DNA from: an uncultured Chloroflexia bacterium
GTDB taxonomy: Bacteria; Chloroflexota; Anaerolineae; JAAYZQ01
NCBI GenBank assembly: GCA_963700285.1
Contig: CAVOXA010000001.1
Coordinates: 832,001-896,000, forward strand
Direction: 5' to 3'
Length of the DNA: 64,000 bases
Positions 28,462 to 38,436 of this stretch are shown here, in pieces; the first letter of the stretch is position 1, and every line of letters begins with the position of its first letter. Both the position numbers and the translations under genes were made by a program. The notes under the pieces are model-generated. The model saw only the letters and a program-made list of their open reading frames with translations. It did no database searches and had not been told where the DNA came from.

Positions 28462-29163
28462 TCATCCACCGCACAAGAGGCGGTTGCAGGTGGGGCAATA
28501 GTGCAATCCCTCACCGCGTTCCACGGCACGGGCCGCGCCCGTCGGCACGTCGGTACCGCAGGCCTGGCAGATGCCTCGCTTGAGCAGCACGATCCCAACG
28601 CCGCCCAGGCTCTTGCGCAGATCGTCGTATAGGGCCAAATCTGCCGCTCCAAACCGGGCCCGCCTCTCGCTGATGTCCTGCTCCAATTCAGCCAATAGGG
28701 CCTCGAGTTCCGTTTTCTCAGCCCGCAGGTCTGCTTGACCCTCACGCCATGTGGTCTCGATCTGGCGGTGGCGAGCTTGGCGCTCGGCCAGTTCGGCCTC
28801 ATCATCCTCGATGGCGATCATCAGCTCTAGTTGTCGATCCTCTAGTACCGATTGGTGGCGGCGAAGCGCGGCGGCCTCCTCCTGGAGGTTGCTCAACTCC
28901 TTTGGGTTTCGAACGCGGCCACTGTAGAGACGCTCCTGGTTCTTCTCCAGCTTGGCATTGAGTCCAGAGATCTCCAGCTCCAGATCCCGCATCTGAACCC
29001 TCAGTTGATCCAGACTATGCTCGGTTTCGACAGCAGCCTGCTGCGCTCGGGCGACATCATCCGATTCGCCCAGGCCGGCCTCTACGTCCGCCAGCCGCTG
29101 GCTTTTGGCATCTCTTTCGCTGTCCACCAGTTGCATCTGGTAAAGATCTCGCACAACGCTCAT
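28462..29163 (-). CDS. C4-type zinc-ribbon coiled-coil protein (DUF164/CT398-like)
   Basis: LYQMQLVDSE N-terminus, long coiled coil with NPKEL..LQ.E, CQAC...CPTCNRLL; GGAGG RBS. Confidence 0.85.
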   Translation of the reverse strand: MSVVRDLYQMQLVDSERDAKSQRLADVEAGLGESDDVARAQQAAVETEHSLDQLRVQMRDLELEISGLNAKLEKNQERLYSGRVRNPKELSNLQEEAAALRRHQSVLEDRQLELMIAIEDDEAELAERQARHRQIETTWREGQADLRAEKTELEALLAELEQDISERRARFGAADLALYDDLRKSLGGVGIVLLKRGICQACGTDVPTGAARAVERGEGLHYCPTCNRLLCGG

Positions 29164-29292
29164 GGTTGCCTCCAGCTGACCTTGCAATTGTTACCCAAAG
29201 CTCCGGGTTCTTCCGGATCGACTAGCAAAGCTGGCAACTGGGGTCTTCGGGCAGCCGACTGTCCAGGTCGCTGTGACAGAGTCGCCAGCCAC

Positions 29293-29405
29293 GAAAAAGG
29301 GGCCTAATGCACACCGCACTAGACCCCGGCAAATGCTTGCCAGGCGATGCAAGTCCCTGGGCGCCCCAAGGACACTGCTCTGCACGTCCGAGCCCTCGCG
29401 AAAAG
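29293..29405 (-). ncRNA. Candidate structured RNA in the leader of the zinc-ribbon gene
   Basis: On the minus strand, two hairpins (GTCCTTGG..CCAGGGAC; CCTGGCAA-gcat-TTGCCGGG) are enclosed by an interrupted outer stem and followed by a T5 run; no family recognised. Confidence 0.35.
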
Positions 29406-29446
29406 GCGCCATCGCCGCATTCCGACCCTCCGATTTCACGCCAGGG

Positions 29447-29474
29447 ATTATACCACACCCTGTGCGCCAGACAA
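29447..29474 (-). promoter_or_regulatory. Promoter for the zinc-ribbon/GlcD/GlcF unit
   Basis: TTGTCT-N16-TATAAT with extended -10 (TGgTATAAT) on the minus strand. Confidence 0.6.
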
Positions 29475-29486
29475 AATCGCGAAAAC

Positions 29487-30514
29487 GGAACAGTCACAGG
29501 CTGGGGACATCTGCGCCGTCCAGTTTCATCGGCCGTTCCAGGCTCGGCTGATGTCTGGTTGGGGCAGCCCGAACCACTCTGATACCTGCATCTGTCGCAC
29601 AAAGGGCGCCCGCCTGTCTCGTGTCCGACGACTGCCGCGACGGTGGTCTGGGACCTCCAACAAGCGCATAAACAGCATCAAGAATCGTGCCCGGAACGGG
29701 TCGTCCCCCGATACTTGCAGCCTAAAGTGCCACACAGCGTAGCTTGATAGCTCCCGTCGTCCCTGCAAGTTATCTCAACCCAGGGCTCCTCTGTGCCACA
29801 CTGCTGGCAGCCGAGCCCCAGCAGAGCGTGCCGGAAGCTATCTCTTCCTCAGCGACCAGCCGAGCTTGGTACAAGGCCAATCCCACGCACCCCACCAGGA
29901 CCACCCTCTGCCCCTGCCACAGCAACCAACCTCCGGCGCGCCACACCGGCTGGCCGCTCAGCTCCGGCTAGCCCATTGCTGCTGCCTGCCATAGCCACAA
30001 CAGCCAGGGCCAGCCGATGATCACCACCGGTCCCCGGCACCCGCTCAGGCACCACAGCACGGCCAAGAGCAGGCTGCGGGGGACGGGCTGTACCCAACTG
30101 TGGGTCAGGTATTGCCACAAAGCTGCGCAACCGGCTCTGGAGGGAAAGGGCAGGCAGATGTCTTTTCCGGCAGACTGCCACGGTGGACACGCTTGGCTGC
30201 TGCGGAGGGCTGGTCAGCCAACCCGCCTGACTGTCGGGCATCCGACCAAACAAGGCAAGGACCAGTAGGCTGAGGACCACCAGGATGTGCAAAGATTGAA
30301 GTTGTGCAAACGACCGCTTCGTGGTATGCTGCATTTGGGCTGACTCGGAGATTCGGTACAAGGTGTTCCAGCAAATACAGTGTACCACATTCTGCGCGTT
30401 GGCCCACTCTGATTATGGGCAACCTTCAGTCCCCTTTTTCGGACCTCTGCACGACCTCATGTGCCTTTCAGCCATTTTCTCCCTATTCTCAGGTCCCCAG
30501 CGTGTGACGCTTAC
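29487..30514 (-). mobile_element. Decayed, internally deleted IS-like element with terminal inverted repeats
   Basis: GTCACAGGCTGGGGAC (29493-29508) versus the reverse complement of 30493-30508, GTCACACGCTGGGGAC: 15/16 match. They enclose a disrupted minus-strand ORF (frameshifts, in-frame TAG) ending in an HTH-like segment QMQVSEWFGLPQPDISR; no DDE domain left. Confidence 0.6.
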
Positions 30515-30883
30515 ACCTGTTTCGCGATAGTAGGCTTGCACCAACCAATGCCGCCGATCTCGAGGTGGACCGATCCTGGCTGCCGCAGGCTCGACCGCAG
30601 GTCCTGATCTTGAAAAGGCCAGGCCAGCAAGTTGGCGTTCAAGATGTAGGTATTAGAAACTCGTTGGGGTCAGTGTTCCGCGAGGATTTGTCGTTTGTGG
30701 TACAGCATGCTAGAATCGCAGCGACGTGAGATTGGGGGCGATGAGGGCGTGAGCCTACTGAGCGGTTTGCTAGCCTGTGGTCGTTCCTCAGGGTGGGATG
30801 CAGGGGATACGATGAAGACGGTGACTGGTGGAGATGGTTTGAGTGCTCAAGTGCTGCGGTGTGCTGGGTAGGGTATCCTGATC

Positions 30884-31989
30884 ATGTTGGAGCTATTGCC
30901 CAAGCTGCCGCTCTACTGGAGCTTCTATCACCTGGGTTGGCCCAGGATGCTGCCTTTCAGTGTCGTCGTCAGCGTCAGTTTTCGCTGCAACAGCAAGTGC
31001 AAAACCTGTGACGTGTGGCGCAAGCCCAACGACGATATGATCGGTCGAGGAGTGGCGCAAGGTATTTGCCAATCTGGGCCACGCTCCCTTCTACCTGACC
31101 TTCACCGGCGGCGAGCCTTTCCTGCGAGCTGACCTGCACGAAATGGTCATCGCGGGCGCGGAGCTGTGCCGGCCCGGCGTGATCACCATCCCCACCAACG
31201 GGCTGCTGACCAAGCGCATCCTCGACCGGGTGGACCAGATCTGCGCGGCCGCTCCCCATTCGCAGATCGGCATCAACCTTTCGCTGGATGGCATCGGCGA
31301 GGAGCACGACGAGATCCGCAACGTGCCGGGCAACTGGGAGCGGGCCATGGAGACCTGGCAGGGGTTGAAAGAACTCCAGGCCCGGCACAAGAACCTGGTA
31401 CTCAGCGTGCACACCGTCGTCTCCAAGTTCAACACCCACCGCATCCGTGATATCGTCGAGGGCCTGGAATTCCTGGAGCCCGATTCCTACATCACCGAGG
31501 TTGCCGAAGAGCGGGTAGAGCTGGACACGGTGGGCTGGGACATCACGCCAGCCCCCGAGGAATATGCGCCCATTGCCGACTATTTGTCGGCGCGGGCCAG
31601 GCAGCGCTGCCCACGTCGGACCCTGGTGCGGCTCCCAGAAGGCACTGGCCCGCTTCACGCAGGCCTTCCGGGCCCAGTACTACCAGCTGGCCAAGCGGAT
31701 CCTGCAGGAGCAGAGGCAGGTCATCCCCTGCCAGGCCGGCTGGGCCAGCGGACACATCGCGCCCAACGGCGACGTATGGACTTGCTGCATCCGCGCCGAG
31801 CCGGTAGGCAATCTGCGCGAGACGAACTATGACCTGCGTCCCATCTGGTACGGAACAGGTCGGCGAAATGCGCCGTCTGCGCCGGAGCATCGCCGCCGCG
31901 AGTGCGCCTGCCCCATGGCCAATGCCAGCTATGCCAACATGCTGCTCCACGCACCTACCGTGGCCCGGGTGACCAGAGATGTGCTCTGA
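30884..31989 (+). CDS. Radical SAM protein with SPASM/twitch-like C-terminus (frameshifted)
   Basis: CNSKCKTC motif, [16 protein letters not shown]...HDEIR, CQAG...[11 protein letters not shown]...GNL...CACP distributed over different frames. Confidence 0.85.
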
Positions 31990-32045
31990 GGCGCCTGGTC
32001 GCGCCCTCTTACTACTCGGCGCACGTCCCCAAATGTGACAAGCAT

Positions 32046-32074
32046 TTGCCAACGCTGTAAAACGATGGTATCAT
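32046..32074 (+). promoter_or_regulatory. Promoter candidate for the microcompartment operon
   Basis: TTGCCA-N17-TATCAT with extended -10 TG. Confidence 0.55.
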
Positions 32075-32235
32075 GGGCGAGCTTGCGGCTACTGCTGCTG
32101 GCTGTGCCAAAGGTGGTGGCCGCCATTTTGCCTTTGTCGCCGGATCTGGCGGGTAGGACCAGATTGGGTCTGTTCGTTGTGTTGTACGCCGGGCGATGCT
32201 GGCAAGGCGCTCGGGCGTGTCCTCGAGGATAGAGT

Positions 32236-33614
32236 ATGGGTCAGGATCTCGTCGAATGCAGTGCGGGCGGCAGGGGTGGTCGGTGCTGGGGGCGCAGGCT
32301 TCCCCACCCACGTCAAAGTCGTCAGCCCAGGTGGATACGGTCATCGCCAATGGCGCCGAATGCGATCCGCTGCTCCAGTGCGACCAACGGCTGATGGAAA
32401 GCCGCGCCGCCGAGATGGTCCAGGGCCTGCAGCTGGCCATGGAGGCCACCGGCGCGACGCGGGGCATCCTGGCGCTGAAAGAAAAGTATGAGGCCGCCAG
32501 CTGCTGCCCTGCGTAGAGCGGTCGCTGCACAGCAGGGCCAGGCAGACCTGAGCCTGCTTGCTGATGGAGAGCCGCTATCCGGCCGGCGACGAGTTTGTGC
32601 TGGTCTACGAGGCAACCGGCCGCTTGGTGCCCGAGACGGGCTAGCCGCTGCATGTGGGCTGCCTGGTCCAGAACGTGCAGACGCTGTTCAACATTGCCCG
32701 GGCAGCCAAGGGCGCCGCCGTGACCCATCGTCTGCTGACCGTAGCCGGAGCCGTGGCCCGACCGGTCACGCTTTGGGTCGCCGATGGGTACGGCCATCCG
32801 CGATGTGCTGGCTTGGGCCGGCGGCATGCAACTGCCCCGCTGGTCCGAGCGCACGTGCCGAGGATTATGCGGTGGTCGTCGGCGGGCCGATGATGGGCCG
32901 GGTGGCAGCGGATCTTGGTGAGCCGGTGACCAAGACGACCAGCGGGCTTGCTGGTCCTGCCCCGGGACAATGCGGTGGTGCGCTACATGACCCGCTCCGG
33001 CACATCGTGGGTGCGTCGAGGCATTTCGACCTGCGATCAGTGCCGCGATTGCACCGATCTCTGCCCGCGCTACCTGTTGGGCCACAACTTGGAACCCCAC
33101 GAGGTGATGCGAGCCATCAACTATGGACTGGACGCGACCGGCCGACAAGGTGACGGCTGCGGTGCTGTGCTGCGAGTGCCGCCTGTGCGAGGCATATGCC
33201 TGCCCGCTGGAATTGTCGCCCATGGCCTACTATGTGTCGCATCAAGCAGGAGCTGCGGGCACAGGGCTGGATCAACGAGGTGCACAAGACGGACTGACTT
33301 TCAAGCCGCACCCGATGCGCGAGTACCGACTGGTGCCTACGCACCGGCTCATCGCCCGGCTTGGGCCTGACCGAGTGGGAGACACCAGAACTGCCTGTTG
33401 GACGAGAGCGACTACCGGCCGGCAAGGGTGTCGATCCCGCTGGACCAGCATATCGGCGCGCCGGCCAGGCCGGTGGTGTCTGTGGGCCAGCACGTAGAGG
33501 CTGGAGATCTGATTGCCGAGATCCCGGAAGCGGCACTGGGAGCCAACGTCCATGCCTCCATCACGGGACGGGTAGACGAAGGTTGGCGAGTCCGAAATTG
33601 AGGTCGTGGCTTGA
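32236..33614 (+). CDS. PduS/RnfC-like Fe-S flavoprotein (many frameshifts)
   Basis: Reconstructed across frames: GVVGAGGAGFPTHVK, NGAECDPLL, YPAGDE, NVQTLFN, GGPMMG, VTKTTSG, CDQCRDCTDLCPRYLLGH, CCECRLCEAYACP, QHIGAPA, LGANVHASITG. Confidence 0.85.
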
Positions 33615-33637
33615 GCGGAGGAGCGTGATACAGGACG

Positions 33638-34191
33638 ATGATCGAGCCAGCCATCGCTCTGGTGGAAACGAATAGCATTGCTGCTGGCATTCTGGCCGGC
33701 GACACCATGGTCAAAAAGGCCGATGTGCAGCTCCTGGAGGCACGCCCTATCTGCCCGGGCAAGTACATGGTCCTCATCGGCGGTGAGGTCGGGCCGGTAC
33801 GCGAGTCGTACCAGGTGGGCGTCGCTGCGGCAGCCGATACCCTGGTGGATCAATTGTTGCTGCCCAACGTGCACCGCTCGGTCTTTCCGGCGCTGATGAG
33901 CGCCGCGCCGCCGCGAGGGGACGAGGCGCTGGGCATCATCGAAACGGTGACGGCGGCGGTCTGCATTGTCGCCGCCGATGCCGCGGCCAAGGCCACCGAT
34001 GTGCAGCTGCTTGGAGATCCGGCTGGCCAATGGCCTGGGTGGCAAGAGTTTTGTGCTCATGGAGGGCACGGTGGCCGACGTCGAGGCGGCGGTGGCGGCC
34101 GGCGTGGAGTTGGTCAAGCAGGAAGGACTGTTGATCCGCCAGGTGATCATCCCGCAAGCTTCACGAGCAGATGCGGGAGAAGATACTCTAA
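33638..34191 (+). CDS. BMC tandem-domain shell protein (PduT-like BMC-T), frameshifted
   Basis: ALVETNSIAAGILAGDTMVKKADV, ICPGKY (pore Cys), ALGIIET, AADAAAKA, EIRLANGLGGKSFV. Confidence 0.9.
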
Positions 34192-34192
34192 C

Positions 34193-34465
34193 ATGCAATT
34201 TGCACGGGTGATCGGCACGCTGGTTGCCACGCAAAAGTACGAGGGTCTGGAGGGCGTCAAGTTTCTGGTCGTCCAGCCGCTGGACAAGCACCGGCGAGCC
34301 GGTCGGGCGAGCCGCAGATCGCGGCCGATGGGACAGCCCAGGCCGGGCCGGGAGAGCTGGTGTTCATGATCTACAGCCGCGAGGCGGCCCTGGCCCTGCC
34401 AGAGATGGTTTGTGCCGGTGGATCTGGCCATCACCGGCATTGTGGACGAGGTGGACGTACTCTGA
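34193..34465 (+). CDS. EutN/CcmL-family BMC pentamer (BMC-P) 1, frameshifted
   Basis: MQFARVIGTLVATQKYEGLEGVKFLVVQP...AQAGPGELV...SREAA...PVDLAITGIVDEV. Confidence 0.88.
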
Positions 34466-34754
34466 TGTATATTGGGCGGGTGAGCGGCACGGTGGTGGCC
34501 ACCATCAAGAACGAGCTGTTTCGAGGGCCGCAAGCTGCTGGTGGTGGACAAGCTGGACCTGGATGGCCAGCCCACGGCCAAGTACGACATCGCCGTGGAC
34601 ATGGTCCAGGCCGGCGTGGGCGACCGGGTGCTGGTGCTGGACGAGGGCAACTCGGCGCGGCAGATCGTGGACCGCGAGCCGATGGGCGCGATCCGGGCGG
34701 TTATCGTGGGCATTGTGGACGAGGTTGCGCCTGGCTGGCGGTGGGATCGCTTAG
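34465..34754 (+). CDS. EutN/CcmL-family BMC pentamer (BMC-P) 2, frameshifted; 3' end uncertain
   Basis: MYIGRVSGTVVATIK...KLLVV...AVDMVQAGVGDRVLVLDEGNSARQ...VIVGIVDEV; TGATG overlap with the previous gene. Confidence 0.88.
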
Positions 34755-34798
34755 CAATGGCCTACGGTGAGATCTCGACGGCTCGAGCGAGGGCAGGG

Positions 34799-35520
34799 AT
34801 GCGCGTCACAGAGCACGAGCTGCGCCAGGAGATGGTCCGCGTTGGGCGGCTGATGTGGGAGCGGGGCTTTGTGGCTGCCACCGACGGCAACCTCTCGGCC
34901 CGACTGGGGTCCGACCGGCTGCTGGTCACGGCCAGCGGCGTGAGCAAGGGCTTTCTCTCCGACCGACGATCTGGTGGTCATCCGGCTGGACGGCGAGCCG
35001 CGTGTCATCCTACCGCGGGCGGGGCAGCGGCCCTCGTCGGAGATTGCGATGCACCTGGAGGTCTATCGCCAGCGGCCTGACGTGCATGCTGTGGTCCATG
35101 CCCATCCGCCGCTGGCGACGGCCTTCAGCATTGCCGGCGTGTCGCTGGCCCGCTGCGTGATCCCCGAGGTGATTGTCACCCTGGGCGGCATCCCCACCAC
35201 CGAGTATGCGACGCCGGGCACGCCGGAGGTGCCGGAGAGCATCCGCCAGGCCATCCGGGACTATGACGCCTTGATCCTGGCCCATCACGGCAGCCTGACG
35301 GTGGGCAATACGCTGTGGGAGGCCTATCTGCGCCTGGAGAAGGTGGAGCACACGGCGCAGATCACGCTGGCGGCGCAGCAGTTGGGCCAGGTCAGAACGC
35401 TGTCCCCGCAGGCGGTAGAAAAGCTGGCGGAGAAGCGCCGCGAGTTGCTTCAGCGTGACAGGGCCGCGACCTGTGTGAAGGGTGCACGGTCTGCGTGCTG
35501 GGTGACGATCATGAGATTCC
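34799..35520 (+). CDS. Class II aldolase/adducin family (L-fuculose-1-phosphate aldolase-like), frameshifted; 3' end approximate
   Basis: GFVAATDGNLSAR, TASGVSKG, PSSEIAMHL..Y..RPDV.AVVHAHPP, LAHHG, RLEKVEHTA. Confidence 0.88.
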
Positions 35521-35634
35521 GTCTGTATCCTATCGATGCAGTCCCGGCCTGTGTACGAGGCGGTGCTGGTGCGGCAGATTGCACAGTCCGTGGTACGGAC
35601 CATTCAGAAACCCTGAAGGAGAGGCTGAGCGATC

Positions 35635-36705
<1,071 letters not shown>

Positions 36706-36774
36706 GGTATGAGCAAGTGCCTGCGCAACGGCGGGCAGCAGCATTTTCGATATAAGAAGAAAGGAGGTGAAAGC

Positions 36775-36867
36775 GTGGGCTCTGTAAAAAAGTGGCGCCA
36801 GAAGAAGGCGTCCAAGCACAAACACCGCAAGATGCTCAAAAAGACACGCTGGCAGCGGAGGAAATAG
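36775..36867 (+). CDS. 30-aa basic protein, bS22/AURKAIP1-COX24 (DUF1713) family ribosomal protein
   Basis: AAGGAGGTGA RBS then GTG; MGSVKKWRQKKASKHKHRKMLKKTRWQRRK; below the ORF-track length cutoff. Confidence 0.88.
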   Translation: MGSVKKWRQKKASKHKHRKMLKKTRWQRRK

Positions 36868-37306
36868 TCCCCGCTGGCGACGATTTCTTTGTACGCTTGA
36901 CCGGTTGCGAATGCCAGGCAACGAGACCAAAGTGCGCCCCATGACGTGGCCAGCGGACTGCCCCAAGGGTGTCCCGGGCCGGTGCAGAATGGATCTCGTT
37001 TGTTTGGCATTCGCAACTAATCTGTTGTGCGTAGCCTAGATAAAGACAACGCCGGTTTGTCCTGGAACTGCCGGGCACGGCTTCACTATCAATCGGGAGG
37101 TTGAGCCCTGCTTTCGTCCGCCAGAACCGGGCCGATACCTTTGTCCAACACGAGGACCTGGTACAGCGCATGGTAGCCGTGGGACTCGAGGGCTACTTTC
37201 GGGTTTGTGAGCGGCAACGATGGCGTTCTCAAGTTCCTGCGCAAGGGCACGACCAGGCAGACAAGCTCCGCCGTGGACCGCATCTGCAGAAGGGTAAGTG
37301 AGTATC

Positions 37307-38338
37307 ATGAAGAACCTGTTGATCACGGGCGGAGCCGGCTTTATCGGCTCCAATTTTGTGCGCTATATCCTGGACAAGTATCCCGAGTATCGTGTGGTCG
37401 TCTTTGACAAACTAACCTACGCCGGGAACCTGGACAACCTCAAGGATGTCGCCGAGCGTTTTCCAGAGCGCTACGTCTTTGTCCAGGGCGACATTGCCGA
37501 TGCTACGGCCGTGGATGCCACCATACAGGACAATGACATCGATACCATCGCCAACTTTGCGGCTGAAACCCATGTGGACCGTTCTCTGATGGAACCTGAC
37601 GCTTTCATCAAGACGGACGTCTACGGCACCTACGTATTGCTTGAAGCAGCCAAAAGGTACGGCGTTGAGCGTTTCCACCAGGTCTCGACTGACGAAGTGT
37701 ATGGCGATATTGCTCCTGGCCGCTCTTCCGTGGAGACCGATCCACTACAGGCGCGCAGTCCCTATTCGGCAAGCAAGGCTGGCGGTGATATGATGTGTAT
37801 GGCCTACCACAACAGTTTTGGCGTGCCGGTGACCCTTACCCGCGGGGCCAACAACATCGGCCCCTACCAGTACCCGGAGAAGGTGGTGCCCCTCTTTGTC
37901 ACCAACGCTCTGGATGACCAGCCTTTGCCGCTGTACGGAGACGGCCGGCAGATGCGTGACTACCAGCATGTCCTCGATCACTGTGAGGGCATTGACATGG
38001 TACTTCACCACGGTGAACTTGGCGAGGTCTACAACGTGGGTACGGGCGTGGAGACCGAAAATATCGTCATGGCCCGGGCGATCCTCGACCTGCTTGGCAA
38101 GCCGCACAGTCTCATCCGCTATGTGACAGACCGCCCAGGGCACGACCGGCGCTACTCGCTCAACGTGGGAAAGATCCACAGCCTGGGCTGGCAGAGCCGG
38201 CATGATTTTGCGGAGGCCATCGAAGAGACGGTTCGCTGGTACGTGGACAACGAATGGTGGTGGCGCAAGATCAAGAGCGGAGCGTATCGGGAGTACTATA
38301 GCCGGTGGTACGGCGAGCGCTTGGCCGAGGCCAGCTAG
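37307..38338 (+). CDS. rmlB: dTDP-glucose 4,6-dehydratase
   Basis: ITGGAGFIGSNF, DKLTYAGN, FAAETHVDRS, STDEVYG, PYSASKA, DRPGHDRRY. Confidence 0.95.
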   Translation: MKNLLITGGAGFIGSNFVRYILDKYPEYRVVVFDKLTYAGNLDNLKDVAERFPERYVFVQGDIADATAVDATIQDNDIDTIANFAAETHVDRSLMEPDAFIKTDVYGTYVLLEAAKRYGVERFHQVSTDEVYGDIAPGRSSVETDPLQARSPYSASKAGGDMMCMAYHNSFGVPVTLTRGANNIGPYQYPEKVVPLFVTNALDDQPLPLYGDGRQMRDYQHVLDHCEGIDMVLHHGELGEVYNVGTGVETENIVMARAILDLLGKPHSLIRYVTDRPGHDRRYSLNVGKIHSLGWQSRHDFAEAIEETVRWYVDNEWWWRKIKSGAYREYYSRWYGERLAEAS

Positions 38339-38436
38339 ACCTCGGTGGTGCAATACTTATGCTGCAGCCCAGTTCAAGGGGCAGCAGGATACCTTGAGGC
38401 TGTTGGGCTGCCATCGGATTCCACTGGATAGGATTC

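Noticed and set aside
29195-29440. RNase P RNA, SRP RNA or fluoride riboswitch
   Set aside because: AGAACCCGG, TCCGGAAG and GGCGATGG fragments are present, but the required partner motifs (GAGGAAAGTCC, the full SRP domain IV, GTTCGCC) are absent.
37101-37301. 66-aa ORF between bS22 and rmlB
   Set aside because: GGAGG abuts the TTG with no spacing and the product has no recognisable features; cannot be supported.
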